DNA from: Tubiluchus corallicola
Lineage: Eukaryota; Animalia; Priapulida
DNA: 64,000 bases
NCBI GenBank assembly: GCA_030141605.1
Contig: JAQGDQ010000664.1
Location: forward strand, 1 to 64,000
Reading direction: 5' to 3'
The position numbers and the translations under genes were made by a program. The notes below the pieces were generated by a model. That model saw nothing but the letters and a program-made list of their open reading frames with translations. It did no database searches and was not told the DNA's origin. Of this stretch, positions 1 to 13,209 are shown piece after piece (within the stretch, counting starts at the first letter, position 1; each line of letters begins with the position of its first letter).

Positions 1-352
<352 letters not shown>

Positions 353-741
353 TATATAAATCTAATCTAATCTAATCTAAACTTTGTTTTTTTTCTAAAG
401 CATGAAGCTTATTGCCCGACATTAATCAGTGTTCGACATTAGCCCACTTTACTATACAGGTATAATGCTAAATATTGTAAGATTGCAGTATGCGATATTA
501 CTAGTCAGAAAGCAGTCAGTCGAGATTACCAAGCTGCCAGTTTGGTGTTGACAAAAATTTTCGGATTTTGTCATCAATCATTTGACAGCTAAAGGAAGCC
601 AGAGCTACGGATGACAGTTTTTCGTCTCAGAGCCTCACCTCACAATCAAAAATCATATCGTGCCTTTTTTGGGTACCTATGCGCAATTTTAGTTGATTTA
701 TTATCGATACGGCCAATAAGCCCTTTCACAGTTCCAACGAT

Positions 742-992
<251 letters not shown>

Positions 993-1298
993 GCAATATA
1001 ATAAAGTAATATAAAAACTGTTTTTCTTCTCCTTTATTAACAGCGAAAAAGAAAAAACTACTTTGCTATTTTCTTTAAAAAAAGTTTGATGCTCAATTGT
1101 CCGACATTAGCCACCATCTAGCCATTATATGATAGCAGCCAATGACAAAACACGTATTTAGCCCAGCTTAGGAGCTTTTAAGTACAAGGAGGTTGTGGCT
1201 AATAATTAGAGAGCTTAGCAACCGAATAATCTTGACTTAAACGCTACCACGCTCTCAATCTTATCCTTTTTCTGTTAAAATTAGAAAGAAATGCATAC

Positions 1299-1343
1299 CT
1301 CCCCAGGCTTGCACTTGGCTGTTGCTAAGTTGAGCTCCACGAC
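1299..1343 (-). CDS. Putative 45-nt internal exon of the same downstream gene (GRGAQLSNSQVQAWG)
   Basis: Acceptor tttattatttcag, donor GAG|GTATGC; open in phase 1, compatible with 7255-7060; could instead be UTR. Confidence 0.35.
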
Positions 1344-1929
1344 CTGAAATAATAAAACCACATTATTGTGTCACTGTGAAAGATGATTTCTATTCAGCAC
1401 TATAAAACACATAAATGGATTTTTCTTGTATTGCTTCAAGAAGTAATTACAATTGTCACCACACGTTAGATGATATTTTATAGTAACGCATAATTTTGAA
1501 ATATTATCCCGGGTATCTGACACTGCTAAAGCCACGAATAACGAAGCACGAATAAGTACTTTAGCATGAAAAGGTAGAGAGTGTAATGGTAAACTTTTTA
1601 TCAGCAATGCGATGGACGTTGTGTAGCAGCAGCTTCTAAAAAGTTAGAAGAACATTTCTAGCAGGCTATTTTAATTTAGAAGTTTTTGGAAACATTTTGG
1701 CATTAGGAGAACTTTCACAGGACAGATTCAGGAAAATAACTGACGTAAATTTTAGCGAAAAGGATGGAATCAGTTCATCGAAAAGAAGGTGAAGAAAAAG
1801 GGCTAAAAACTATGGCAGGATAAACTTGAATCATGTTCTATTGCTCCCATGTATTTGAACAATAAACCACGACCCTATTTTGAAAGCTCGATGAACGATC
1901 ACGTATAATACCGAGTTGCAGGTGAAAGC

Positions 1930-2080
1930 AAGAATTGGTGTAATGGAGATTAATGGAAATCCATTATTTGGATGTGATAGACTTTGTAAGTGTGGTTTAG
2001 ACTTGGAGAATTCACATCATTTTTTATTATACTGTTCTTATCATGAAAATGAAAGAAGTTATTTGGGAAGGAGTTTCAGA
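1930..2080 (+). mobile_element. Decayed LINE ORF2 C-terminal Cys/His fragment
   Basis: Translation CDRLCKCGLDLENSHHFLLYCSYHENER fits the C-x-CG...E..HFLLxC motif. Confidence 0.55.
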
Positions 2081-3011
2081 TGAGGATCGTGTGAGTTGAG
2101 TGTTATTCCAAAATATTAATTGTGGAAAAAAGGTTCTTAGTGACGTAATGAAGAAACGTCGTGAGATATTAATTATAAATCTTGTCTAAGTTGTGTTTTT
2201 TTATTTTCTTCGATTAATAGTTTGAGTGCTCACCTTGAAACAAAAAGATCTAGACATTGAACTGAACTGAACTGTCTCATACTTCACTATAGACATTGGA
2301 ATCTATTTTCTTTTTAAATTTTTCTCTACCTTGTCAAGCTCAAGCAAAAGCAGACATAAGAGAATTCTTCGGTATTTAACTTTAACTGGATAACCGTAGC
2401 ATTATAACCTAGACACTGTTATGTTAGGAAATAGGTGCATAATCACAGCTTGGCAGTGAGTCCTTCAACTCTAACCAAAAGCTCAGCAGTAATGCAGAAC
2501 AACATATAGACCACACTATGCTCCCCTCACTATTAGCAATAGTTTTTTAACAAAAGCAAACGAGACTTTCTCACAAGATTCCCCGACTGGTGGACTGCTA
2601 GTCCTGAGAATTGGAACACTGTAATTTGACGCCCTGCGACTTTTTGTGAAGCTCCGTTAAGAGAAATGGTTCGATACCAAGACAAAGACTCGTGGCTTTC
2701 GTGAATATGAATTACATAGAGACTGCGGGGTAAACATTTAATTTGAATTGCTTTCTAATATTGTAAATCCCTTGGTTAATCATGAGCTGAAATGAGCTTC
2801 ATGAGCTTTGAAGAAGTCTATTTGTAATTCTTTTCAGATTTTCCATTTTCCTATTTTAATTTAATTAAAAGAATTCTTAGAAATTTTAGTTTACAAGCTT
2901 TTTCAAAGTTAAACATTCGTTTTAATTGTTCAGAAAGAATGTAAAGTGCACACAAGTGTTTTAATCGTATGAAAATTATTATTTTTGCTTTACGGCGCGT
3001 TCAGACTAGAG

Positions 3012-3204
3012 TTTTCTTTCGCAAGTTCTCTCGCATGTTCTCTTGCAAGTTCTCTCGTAAAATCTCTCGCAAGTTCTCTTGCAAGTTCTCTCGCATGTTC
3101 GCTCGCAAGTTCTCTTGCAAGTTCTCTCGTAAGTCCTCTCGCAAGTTCTCTCGCAAGTTCTCTCGCAAGTTCTCTTGCAAGTTCTCTCGTAAGTTCTCTC
3201 GCAA
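3012..3204. repeat. 12-bp tandem repeat inside a Harbinger-like MITE
   Basis: Unit GCAAGTTCTCTC/T. Confidence 0.9.
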
Positions 3205-5099
3205 ATTATTGAAGACAAGCATTATTCATTGCGAGAACTCGTTAATGTTCAGAACTTCGGCCTGATGCGTCCTGTTGTTTGTTATAAGAATGTTTCTCAT
3301 AATGCGCACAGCATCCTTTAGTAAAGACACTGGCGCCGCTATTGATTCAGTAATTGCTTATCGATTTGTGGATAAAAGTAAATAAGCTTTCTAAATGTTA
3401 ATTGTCTCCACGCATAGAACCATACTATGTATAAGGAACTTATTAGTTCTACTGCATAAGATACAGGTAGTTTAATAAGTTGTCATGGAAACCAGCTCAT
3501 ACACACCTGGATCAATATAGATTTCGGTTCGTGTGCTAAACAATATTGCGTGTTTTATCCGTCAGGATATGACCAGTTGAGCAACATTATAGGACATTAA
3601 TTACTTTGGTTTAATTGAAAATTTCGATTCATCATTTGATACGCATACATTCGTATTTACGTTGATATATACACGTCCAAAATGTCTGAAACTATTCACA
3701 CAGTTCTCTCTCAATGAGACCCGCCCAGGATACAAAAGAACATTTTTTGCTGATATGGTGACACACAATTTGTGAAGTTAAAAGTCGCATTACCACATAG
3801 TTATATTGCAAGTTGTACATTATTTAGTTACTTTATTGCGAGTTGGTGCTACTGTGCATTAGGATTAGCTGTTCTTAATATCTAAAATGTAAAACCTAAA
3901 AACTTATTTCTTAAAGTTGATGTTGCTTTAGTATACCGAGTTAATTGTCTCACTAGAAAAAACAAATAGTAACAGAAAAAAGTTGATCGCCATTTGTAGT
4001 CTCACAGTAATTATATTTATTTATTTCACGTGCTTTCGCCCTGACGGGCCTCATCAGCTGAAAAATTACAGTCAAAATGTTAAAACAGTATATACCGTAT
4101 ATACAGGAAAAATAGTAGGCTATACCTAAGAACGATATTTACAAAATTTCGCGTTTTATAAAGGCGTTACTTGGTGTTATTGCAAGAGGTGAACAAAATT
4201 GAATTGTTTGTGGTGGGTTACGTACTATCATTTATTTCAGCTCAGGTTTAAGCTAAATTTCCTTTAACATTCACATTTTATGAACATTTCGTTTCGCTGA
4301 TATCAAATTTGCTTTTGCTCATCAATCCAAATCATTTGATTAGTCAAATTTTGTTTTTAACGGAACTTAGGCCTTTACCCAGTGTTTAAATCAGTTGCGT
4401 CATTTTAATGCAGTGAAATGTTTTAGTCCAAAAACATTAGGCTTACTACGTTGGTTCAGTTTGGTATGATTAATTTAATGTTTCATTGCTAATCAAAGCA
4501 GTTGAACTCTTTCTAAAGGAGTTAATCATATGCTGGCTTTTAATAATGCTAATATCGGCTTCTTCTCGAAAAAAAAACAAACAAACAAAAAACCACCAGC
4601 CCCTGTGACAAGCGACAAATCACTGAATCATCTTTAATTGAAATAATGATAAATCTGTTATTTTAAATCATGGTTTCCCTTTTCTGTTAATGATATTGTA
4701 CTTGCTTGCGCATTCTGCTGTTTCAATGCAACAACAGCAAGGATTAGATGTTCTTTCCCTCCATACGCACTTGTCTTTTTCAGTGGATACTGATTTGAAT
4801 AAGATAAAAAGTCGTTTTATTGTTTTGTGTTAACCAGCCAGTGGTTGTGTATTTTTGTTTAATGTACGCTTTCTTACATTATGGCGACTTCTCATTTCAA
4901 TGTTTCGTGGTAGCCAGCCAGCGTTTGTGTATTTTTGTTTAATGTACGCTTTCTTACACTATGGCGACTTCTCATTTCAAATGAGATCGCGGAGCTTGTA
5001 TTATCTAGGCGAAAGTTGGCGTCATTAATAATCTAGTTCGTTGTTCGGCAGTGTTCGACGTTCGTCAAAAGGTACCGTTCAGTTATAAATCATTGCACT

Positions 5100-5540
5100 T
5101 TGTTTACGTAATAGTTGTTTACGTAACAGTCATTTTTACCTGACAAGACTTTTTGTTTACACTTTCGTCATATTTTTCCTTCTTGCTGCTAATCTATACA
5201 TGCATCAATGGCGGTAGTTTTGTTTATCAGTTTATCTATGCATTATGCAAACCAAAAACTGTCGGTTACCATGGCAACGTGGGGTAAAGTAGAGAATCAA
5301 TTTTTCCCGCATGACATTTGGAGACAAGTTGTACCCAAATTGTGATATAGCATGCACGAGGACGCGGTTGCACGCACCAGTTGCAAAACTCACATTTAGG
5401 TGAGTTACTAATTAATTTGCAGGTAATAAGTTCCCCAGGTGAACATCCCAGTTCGCTTGCGAATTCTTGATATACCTGCAATTCTGCTAATTGGTTCACC
5501 CAACCTTTAATCACGATGATGACGTGCTTGACGCAGGTGG
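5100..5540. promoter_or_regulatory. RFX X-box plus forkhead cluster (ciliary-gene-type promoter/enhancer)
   Basis: Consensus X-box GTTACCATGGCAAC at 5265-5278; TGTTTAC at 5101, 5116, 5154; candidate minus-strand donor CAG|GTAAAA at 5140; second X-box-like GTTGTCATGGAAAC at 3479-3492. Confidence 0.55.
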
Positions 5541-5699
5541 TATTATTCAACAATTGAGCAGTCACTGCGCAGGCGAATTAATAACAATAATAAAATAATC
5601 CGGAATATTAACACACCTGAAATTTTTAAAATTGAATGTACAAAGTAAATTTTACATTTTCAACCTAAAACGTTTTCTGCTTATTTTTATTATTGCTTT

Positions 5700-6280
5700 T
5701 GTTTTTGTTGTTCTTGTTGCTCTTGTTCTTGTTCTTGTTGTTCTTGCTGTTGTTCTTGTTCTTGTTTCTGTTCTCGTTCTTGTTCTTCTTGTTCTTGTTC
5801 TTGTTCTTCTAGCTCTTCTCGTTTTTGGTCTTGTTGTTCTTACTCTTGTTCTTGTTCTTCTTGTTCGTGTTCTTGTTCTAGTTCTTCTCGTTCTTTTTCT
5901 TGTTCTTCTCGTTGTTCTTGTTCTTGTTCTTCTTGTTCTTGTTCTAGTTCTTCTCGTTCTTTTTCTTCTTCTTTTTCTTGTTCTTCTAGCTCTTCTCGTT
6001 TTTTGTCTTGTTGTTCTTACTCTTGTTCTTGTTCTAATTCTTCTCGTTCTTCTTCTTGTTCTTCTTGTTCTTGTTCTTGTTCTAGTTCTTCTCGTTCTTT
6101 TTCTTGTTCTTCTTGTTCTTGTTCTAGTTCTTCTCGTTCTTGTTCTTCTTGTTCTTCTCGTTGTTCTTCTTGTTCTTGTTCTTGTTCTTCTTGCTCTTCT
6201 TCTTCTTCTTATTCTTCTTCTTCTTCTTCTTCTTGTTCTTGTTGCTGTTGTTATTGTTGTTGTTATTATCATTATTATTG
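5700..6280. repeat. (GTT/CTT)n degenerate trinucleotide array
   Basis: Direct reading. Confidence 0.95.
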
Positions 6281-7059
6281 CTGTATTACATTCTTGTATA
6301 TTACAAACTTACATTCATTCACTCACGGAAATTTCTGTACTCACGCACTTACCAAATATGCTTTACTTAAGGGCGGCTTTTGCTAATAATTCGTCGTTTT
6401 TAGAGACAGCGCGCCATTTATGCACCCCCTCTATAAATGCTTAGTTCTTCTAGTTAAACCACCGGCGCACATTATTATTGGCTGTTGATTCCGAGAATGA
6501 AGACCGACATTGAGGAAAATCAAGACAGGTTTGGTATTGACATTCAAATTTCACTATCATTTTCACGGTCCTTAAACACTGACAAACTCAAGAATGATAG
6601 TGTTTTAAATGACCCGTGTGGACTGCCTGCAAGAAGAGGTTATGTATGAAAAGAGGCAGAATGGAAAGATTTGAACTCCTCGCTTTAAAATAATAAAACA
6701 TGTTCTGACACGCATTTCTTGAAAAGCAGAATAAAGTTAGCGAAAGTTTATCATGCTAACCTTCGAAATTACCAAATGTAAATTCACTATTCACTCAGTA
6801 AACTAAGAAATTAAACCGGTTAAACATTAATTGTGAAAGGAGTGTGATTAAGTCAGTCTGGATTTGAACCAAAAATGTTGGCCATTGCTGGGAAACAAAC
6901 TGCTGCCTCTCTTGCTTGGGACGCTCAGCCTTTAAAGGTTTTGCTCAGTGACCATCTTGAAAGTTTTACGAGCGAAAAGTGTTATACGCAGCATTAAATT
7001 TTCAAATTTGCAAAAATGAGAAATTTTTTTCCACAAATAAGATCAACGTATCAACTTAC

Positions 7060-7255
7060 CTTTAATCACCATATTTATTCCTCCGTTATGAATTCGTCTG
7101 TCGGCTGAAGTTCGAGTTCTGTTAGTCGGATTTCGAACTTGATTTCGACTGTTTCCCGAACTCGAGCTATTGACATTTAAATGGTTCACTCCATTGACCT
7201 GTTTACCAATGGGCGGCAAGCGCCTGTTACCAGCAGTCTGTCTAGAATGAGACAT
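7060..7255 (-). CDS. Putative first coding exon of an unidentified minus-strand gene downstream of GCM (MSHSRQTAGNRRLPPIGKQ...MVIK)
   Basis: ATG-initiated, non-repetitive ORF ending at a consensus donor AAAG|GTAAGT (phase 1). Confidence 0.45.
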
Positions 7256-7769
7256 GACTGAGAAAGCCTCCTATTTTTTTTATTATAAACACATTTGGTA
7301 AACTAACTCATCATTCAGTAATAACAACAATAACAAGGTCTTCTCAACTGCAGCATACCGTGTTTGTATCTAAATGCTACAGGTGCGCGTGTCACCTGTA
7401 TAATCAATAATAATCCCTTCATGACAGAAGCTGTGCACAGGTAAAAACACGGTCGCGAGCAGTGCTCAAACTCAGTCAACATGATGCGTCATAATGAAGA
7501 CAACCCAAACAAGCGGAATTACGTAAAAAAGTTTTACATATTTCTTTACTTATGATCTTACGTATTCGTTTAATTCGTGTTTTGCAAGATAGGCTTAAAA
7601 ACAGCATCGCCTATAAAAAAGTTCTGCCAAATTAATTTGTAGCTGTTCTTCGTAGACGTTTTTCAACGCCACGTCATCATATAGTCCGATTTCTCCTCTT
7701 GCTAGAGCAATTAACTTCCATCCAAGACTCCACCAAACGTCGCTGTGACGTTTTTTCTACACGGTGTCC

Positions 7770-9107
7770 AGGTGTAACAGTATACCTGGGGTTGCCAGAT
7801 TAGAAAATTAGAAATATGAGACACTCTTAGAAACTCTCTTTATATAATGCTATATATAAATTATATAAATGTATACATGCCTACACAGACAGACCAATGT
7901 ATCATATAAAAGTAGAGACATAGGTTAAAAACATAAAGCAAACATTTTAATGGCTTAAGAGGAAAACAAAAGTAAATCATTTGAAAATGATTTAATACAA
8001 GCTAAAAAAAACTGTGAAAGCGAAATCATTTGAAACTATTTATTTCATATAGAATTTGGGTTATTTTCATCAAGAAAAGCTGAGAAAAGAAAGTATGATT
8101 ACGTATAAACTTACAACTAAGAACCATAAGAAGGTTGTAAAAATATATTTTTATTACGAAATTTGAAAATGAACTAAATACGGGATATTTTGGTGTCCCT
8201 GAAGGGACAGTACCAGGACAGGGGACAAAATTATCAAATATGGGACATGTCCTGTGCAAAAGGACGTCTGGCATCCCTAAGTATACCCGGTATGGCATAT
8301 CTTCAGTCCAGACTATACCCGGGGTTAAAGCGTCCTAGGCTAGATTACATGTTACACCACGGGTATATTATGGCCTAGGCCATTTCATATACCTAGGCCA
8401 GATTATATCCCCATGATATCAGCAATGTTGAGTGATAGACACATTGCAGAAGAATTACTTAACTTTTCAACATTTTGTTATAAAATAAATATAATATTGT
8501 ATTATAAGCTAATTTGTGGCTTGTGAAATGTCCGTCAAATAGGTAAACAAATCATAAAAGAAGAAGTATCATTTCGAAATACAAGGCGACAATTCACGAC
8601 GTCATGTTTATAGAGAAGTGCGTGAATTTTATCACAGACCTACCTTTTCATCAATTTATTTATTAAATTTTATTTAGACGAACTAGCGGCAGGGTGGCGT
8701 GTAGGATTCATTGCGCGGAAGTTGTTAAAAACTCCAACAACAACACAAAAAGAAACGCCGGAGATAGTGCGATGTTACCAAAAACAGGGCAGTTACTACA
8801 ACAAGTGGTATCATGTGAATGGTGGTCTACTGTCAGTACAAGTAAACACATGCAGTAATCTATACATGTTTTTAAGAAAGTACATTGATGTCCTATGCCA
8901 TATGTTTCATTTGCTTGTAAATATTTGCGAGTAAATGTACTGTACAAATAAAAATCTCTTTATATATGAGGGGTGCATTCTAGCGTGGAGGGATATAGTC
9001 TGGCCTAGACTATTTTACTCCCCGGGATAATTTTGTTCTAGGACAGTTTATCCCCCGGGATACCCGGGTTTAATCTGGGCAGCGGTTAATTTGGCTTGCT
9101 TACACCG
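7770..9107. mobile_element. Older TIR element interrupted by the hAT MITE
   Basis: Ends GGTGTAACA / TGCTTACACC; subterminal inverted blocks CTAGGCCAGATTATATCCC (8393) vs GGGATATAGTCTGGCCTAG (8991). Confidence 0.55.
7787..8279. mobile_element. hAT-type MITE
   Basis: TIRs TGGGGTTGCCAGA / TCTGGCATCCCTA with exact 8-bp TSD AGTATACC (7779-7786, 8280-8287). Confidence 0.85.
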
Positions 9108-9712
9108 ACAATGAGCAAAAAACTGTCGTTTTTTCAAGTTTTTATCAACCACCCAGAGGAATACTCAATACAAAAAAACGCCTCAACAGTACTTGGCAAA
9201 AGTCTTAAAAGAAATTTTATATGTCTTTAGAAGGAGGAGAAACCCTGCTACACGAAGGCGTGAGTCTCTTTTAACGTATCCCATTTTCTGCGCTATCGTT
9301 TGTGTACTTAAAAATAAATATACTATATTCACATTTAATTATTCATGGCAGAGGTTAGCATAATGTGTAGTTGTTAGCACAATAACCAAACAGTGTTTAC
9401 TAATGATTAAGCACGTTGAGTTAGTTTGTATTTTATACACATTTATTTGTACGCAGACATGTTTGGTCTTAATAAGCAAAATATTTGCATACACTACTTC
9501 TGCGATATATACTACCATTTAAAAAATGAATGCTTTGGAAATCATGCGATTATCAAATTAAAAGTATAGGTTTTTGTATAGCAGTAGCAATTGCAGCCAG
9601 CATCAGTAGCAACTGCAACAGTAATAACAGCCACGGCAACGATACTGACATCGCCATCATCATCATCGTCAAAAACAACAACGGCAGCAGCAGCAGCAAC
9701 GGCAGTAGCAGG

Positions 9713-9743
<31 letters not shown>

Positions 9744-10588
9744 GCAACAACTGAACTACTGTACAGCGGCAACAAGACCATTACTGAAACGTGACAATAG
9801 GATATAAAGTATAGACATGTGCCGCCATCTAAACGAGAAATGGCAAAGTAGTGAGTGCTACTAAAGTGATTAATAAAGTGCTACTAAAGACTTTGGCTAT
9901 ACAGACGATACCTTGCTGCCTGCATATGATAGACGACATTTGTAACGTTTTGTTATAATTAGGAAACACAACCCTATTTAAGTGTTAATATTAACACTTT
10001 CGTGTAAATATGTAATCAGTCTTGCCACCGTAATTTCACCTATACAAACTGGTTAGTGTTTGGAATCTGGAGATGAGTGCTGGGTATTTCAGTCGAAGCG
10101 TTTGAAGTATTTTCGATAACAAATTGATTTTTAAGTGAGTTAATTTTTCACATAGATGTCTCAGGTGATCCAAAGTGCAAACAGCAGGGCAGAATCTTAG
10201 ATAAACCAAATAAAAATAGGCGTATCGGACTGAGTGGTTTGACGTAATTCACTAAATCACTTTAGTAACTCTCACTACTTTAATGTAATGCACTAAATCA
10301 CTTTAGTGACTTTTCCTGCACCTGTAACAGCACATTAATTATAAGCTTTGGAAGACTGGTTTGTATCAGGTAGATTCGACGTAGAATATGTAAGGCTTTT
10401 TGTCTGTGTGCGTTAAGGCACAAACATTAATACAGTAAATAAACAAATAATTAACTGAATGAATGAATACTCAACACAAATAAGTTATTAAATATTTAGA
10501 TTTTCGAACCAACACCCAAGCACTTGTGGAAAATATGTATGCTGTCCGTCTCAGATCTTTTGTTATAATTATTATATATTATTATTAA

Positions 10589-10620
<32 letters not shown>

Positions 10621-12201
10621 TTATTATTATATATAATTGCGTTTTGTCACGTAAAATACAATAACAGCGAAATTATACACTACAACGCAATAGATGAAAT
10701 CACACTCTGGAATGAATAACGTACAGTCAATAAATTTATTTACCAAAATAACGAGGTATCAGTTTACATAATGTAATTTGATGAGGCCACACACTTAATA
10801 TTATAATCATGTAACTGAATACGATGCAATAAATTTGCACTTTTGGAAAAAGATACTCGTAAAACTAACACAAGCAGGCCTCTAACTGAAACAGATAGAA
10901 CAAATTGAGGTGTAGTTTAAACAGTCCAAAATAATTGTAAGTTTGCATAGGTAAATTCATGAAACAGTTAAAAAATAATTTGCTAACATATGGGGAAGGG
11001 AGTATTTCTGGTGCAAACTGACATGTAAGATTTATAAATTAAAAAATTATGCCCTATTATTTACACGTAGCAAACTAATAACTTAAAAAGTGAAATTATC
11101 GCTATTATACATAAAAGGCACATTGGCGAACGCCACATTTGCTCTGAAAGTTGTAAAGAATAAAACTTGTAAAATGTCTTATCACCAAATTTTTATACAA
11201 ATATAAATTTATAGCTACATATGAGCAAGGTAAAAGACATAAGCACTATTTGTGTATCTCGTATACAACTTCACCTAAGTTCCTTTTTATATACAATAAT
11301 AAATACATGAGCAATAAAAGGAATCGAGCGTTTCGCCATTTAAAATCAAGTTCAAGGCCACCTGAACGATTATCAAAATTTATACAATTTTTCATACACA
11401 ATCAAAGCCACTTAGAACGTATGATACAGTAAATATTATATGAAACTATAAAGAGCGGAAGATAAAGTAATTAACTACTATTACTACATTAAACATTGTG
11501 TAGGATAGGTGGCCAATTCCTGTAATAAAGTAATATGCTTTTAAAAAGACGACAGTGCGTTTTTACAACCACAGATGGCAGTACGTGTCACGCATGCACA
11601 GGGAACGCTAATAAATCCGGTCATTATTATTGTTATAAATGTGGAAAGGGCGAAATTCAAATAATCTCGTTCACTCTGCATATTATTTGAGGAAACGACA
11701 TAACGATGTTGAAGCAACGAGAGAGCTATGAGAAGTGATGTGCCTTGCTGATGGAATGGAGAAATACTCACCAACATCTATAGAAAAAAACTGTTTTGCT
11801 GTTTTCGGTTTCTCGAAATGCTTATTGCTCGTTACACGATTAAAAAATATAATATACGACATACTATACACCTCTAACTACAGCTGTAGCCTATAATGTC
11901 AATAAAATCCCGGTCACGCACGCATAAATAAATAAATTAATAATAAGTTAAAATTACATTATTATAATTGTAAACAATCTGCCCCATTCACTACCGAGGT
12001 AGTTTTTTGGTAATTCACGTGGCTGTCGTCTCCTCTACATTGCGTTAGGCAAACTTTAATATAACTCGGCTATTTCAATCTACATTTGCCAATAATTTAC
12101 TATTTACCATGTAGTCGACAAGCCTAATACTGCTGCCATTACTAGTAAAACACATAGCAGAAACAGAAGAGCCACGAAGAGATCCAAGAAGGCCTTATTG
12201 G

Positions 12202-13209
12202 CTACTGGTTAGCCAGAATAGCATATCCTTTAACTGTGGGCGAGTGTGTGACTAAAGTCAAAAGAGAAGTGACGTTACCAACTTCCATATTACTGGGGAT
12301 CACTACTGGCTTCAACTCTGTCAGTTGAGGACTCTTGGGGGAGGTGAATTCTGGAGTCCGAGCTTGGCACGACATGTCCTGGTAGGAAGAGAAGCAGGGC
12401 ACCCGAGCACTCGAATCCCGGAAGAAATCGCCGAGCATTGGATATTCCGTCTGCTGCAATTTCGGGGTGTAATCCATTCCTAGATCAACCAACTTGCCGG
12501 TACAGTCGTTAATAAAACTTGTGTTAACCGGGCACTCGATACTGCGCCCAAATAAGGACATGAAAGATGGCAGTCCATTGTCACAAGCCTCGAAATGAAA
12601 GCTGGGAATGTGTGTATTTCTTGCAATATCTGTAAAAAGAGATCCTTCAGATATGGAAACATCCAGGGTGTCTAGAGATCGTTTGTGCATTCTGGGATAG
12701 GCGGCAAGAGAAATCAAATTGTGATCTTGTATTGGATCGTCCACTCTCACCTTGTCATCTAAGAAGTTTGGTTGATCCCAGCTGTTTACGTTGTCAACAG
12801 TCTGACTGCTGTCTTCTCCTGGCTGCGTTGCAAGAATTTTGTCTATCGCGTCTAGTACAATGTCAGGATTTCCATGCTTATTTGCAGACTCGTTAACTTT
12901 GCTAGGAACAATTTTTGCAACGCTGGCGAAATCATCATCCTTGCTTGTTGGCGAAACATGTAATTTTGTTTGAGGTATAGACAAAATCGGAACAGTGGTG
13001 ACTTTGGGATAGTAGGCGTCATATGTGGCGCGACTGTAGTCAGAACACATGCATCCAAATGGTGGGCATGCGCACAAGTTCTTCGCATTTGGGCGTGGCA
13101 CGGTGATTCTTTTTGATTGTTTTGGGTGCGTTTCTTTGGTTTGATTCGTGCAACGTTGCTGCTGCTGTTGTAGTTGCCAATTGCAGAGCATCTGCTTATA
13201 AGGATGCAA
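12202..13209 (-). CDS. gcm: GCM terminal coding exon (putative transactivation/PEST region)
   Basis: The 335-aa ORF begins exactly after acceptor tttttatttttag in phase 0, matching the previous donor; Q/S/P/D-rich; ends in TAG. Confidence 0.85.
   Translation of the reverse strand: MHPYKQMLCNWQLQQQQQRCTNQTKETHPKQSKRITVPRPNAKNLCACPPFGCMCSDYSRATYDAYYPKVTTVPILSIPQTKLHVSPTSKDDDFASVAKIVPSKVNESANKHGNPDIVLDAIDKILATQPGEDSSQTVDNVNSWDQPNFLDDKVRVDDPIQDHNLISLAAYPRMHKRSLDTLDVSISEGSLFTDIARNTHIPSFHFEACDNGLPSFMSLFGRSIECPVNTSFINDCTGKLVDLGMDYTPKLQQTEYPMLGDFFRDSSARVPCFSSYQDMSCQARTPEFTSPKSPQLTELKPVVIPSNMEVGNVTSLLTLVTHSPTVKGYAILANQ

Noticed and set aside
2969-3265. Cys-rich ERTC / RENL repeat ORFs
   Set aside because: They come from a 12-bp tandem repeat inside a TIR element.
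5266-5565. 99-aa minus-strand ORF
   Set aside because: Non-ATG start and no recognisable homology; the region is better explained as regulatory.
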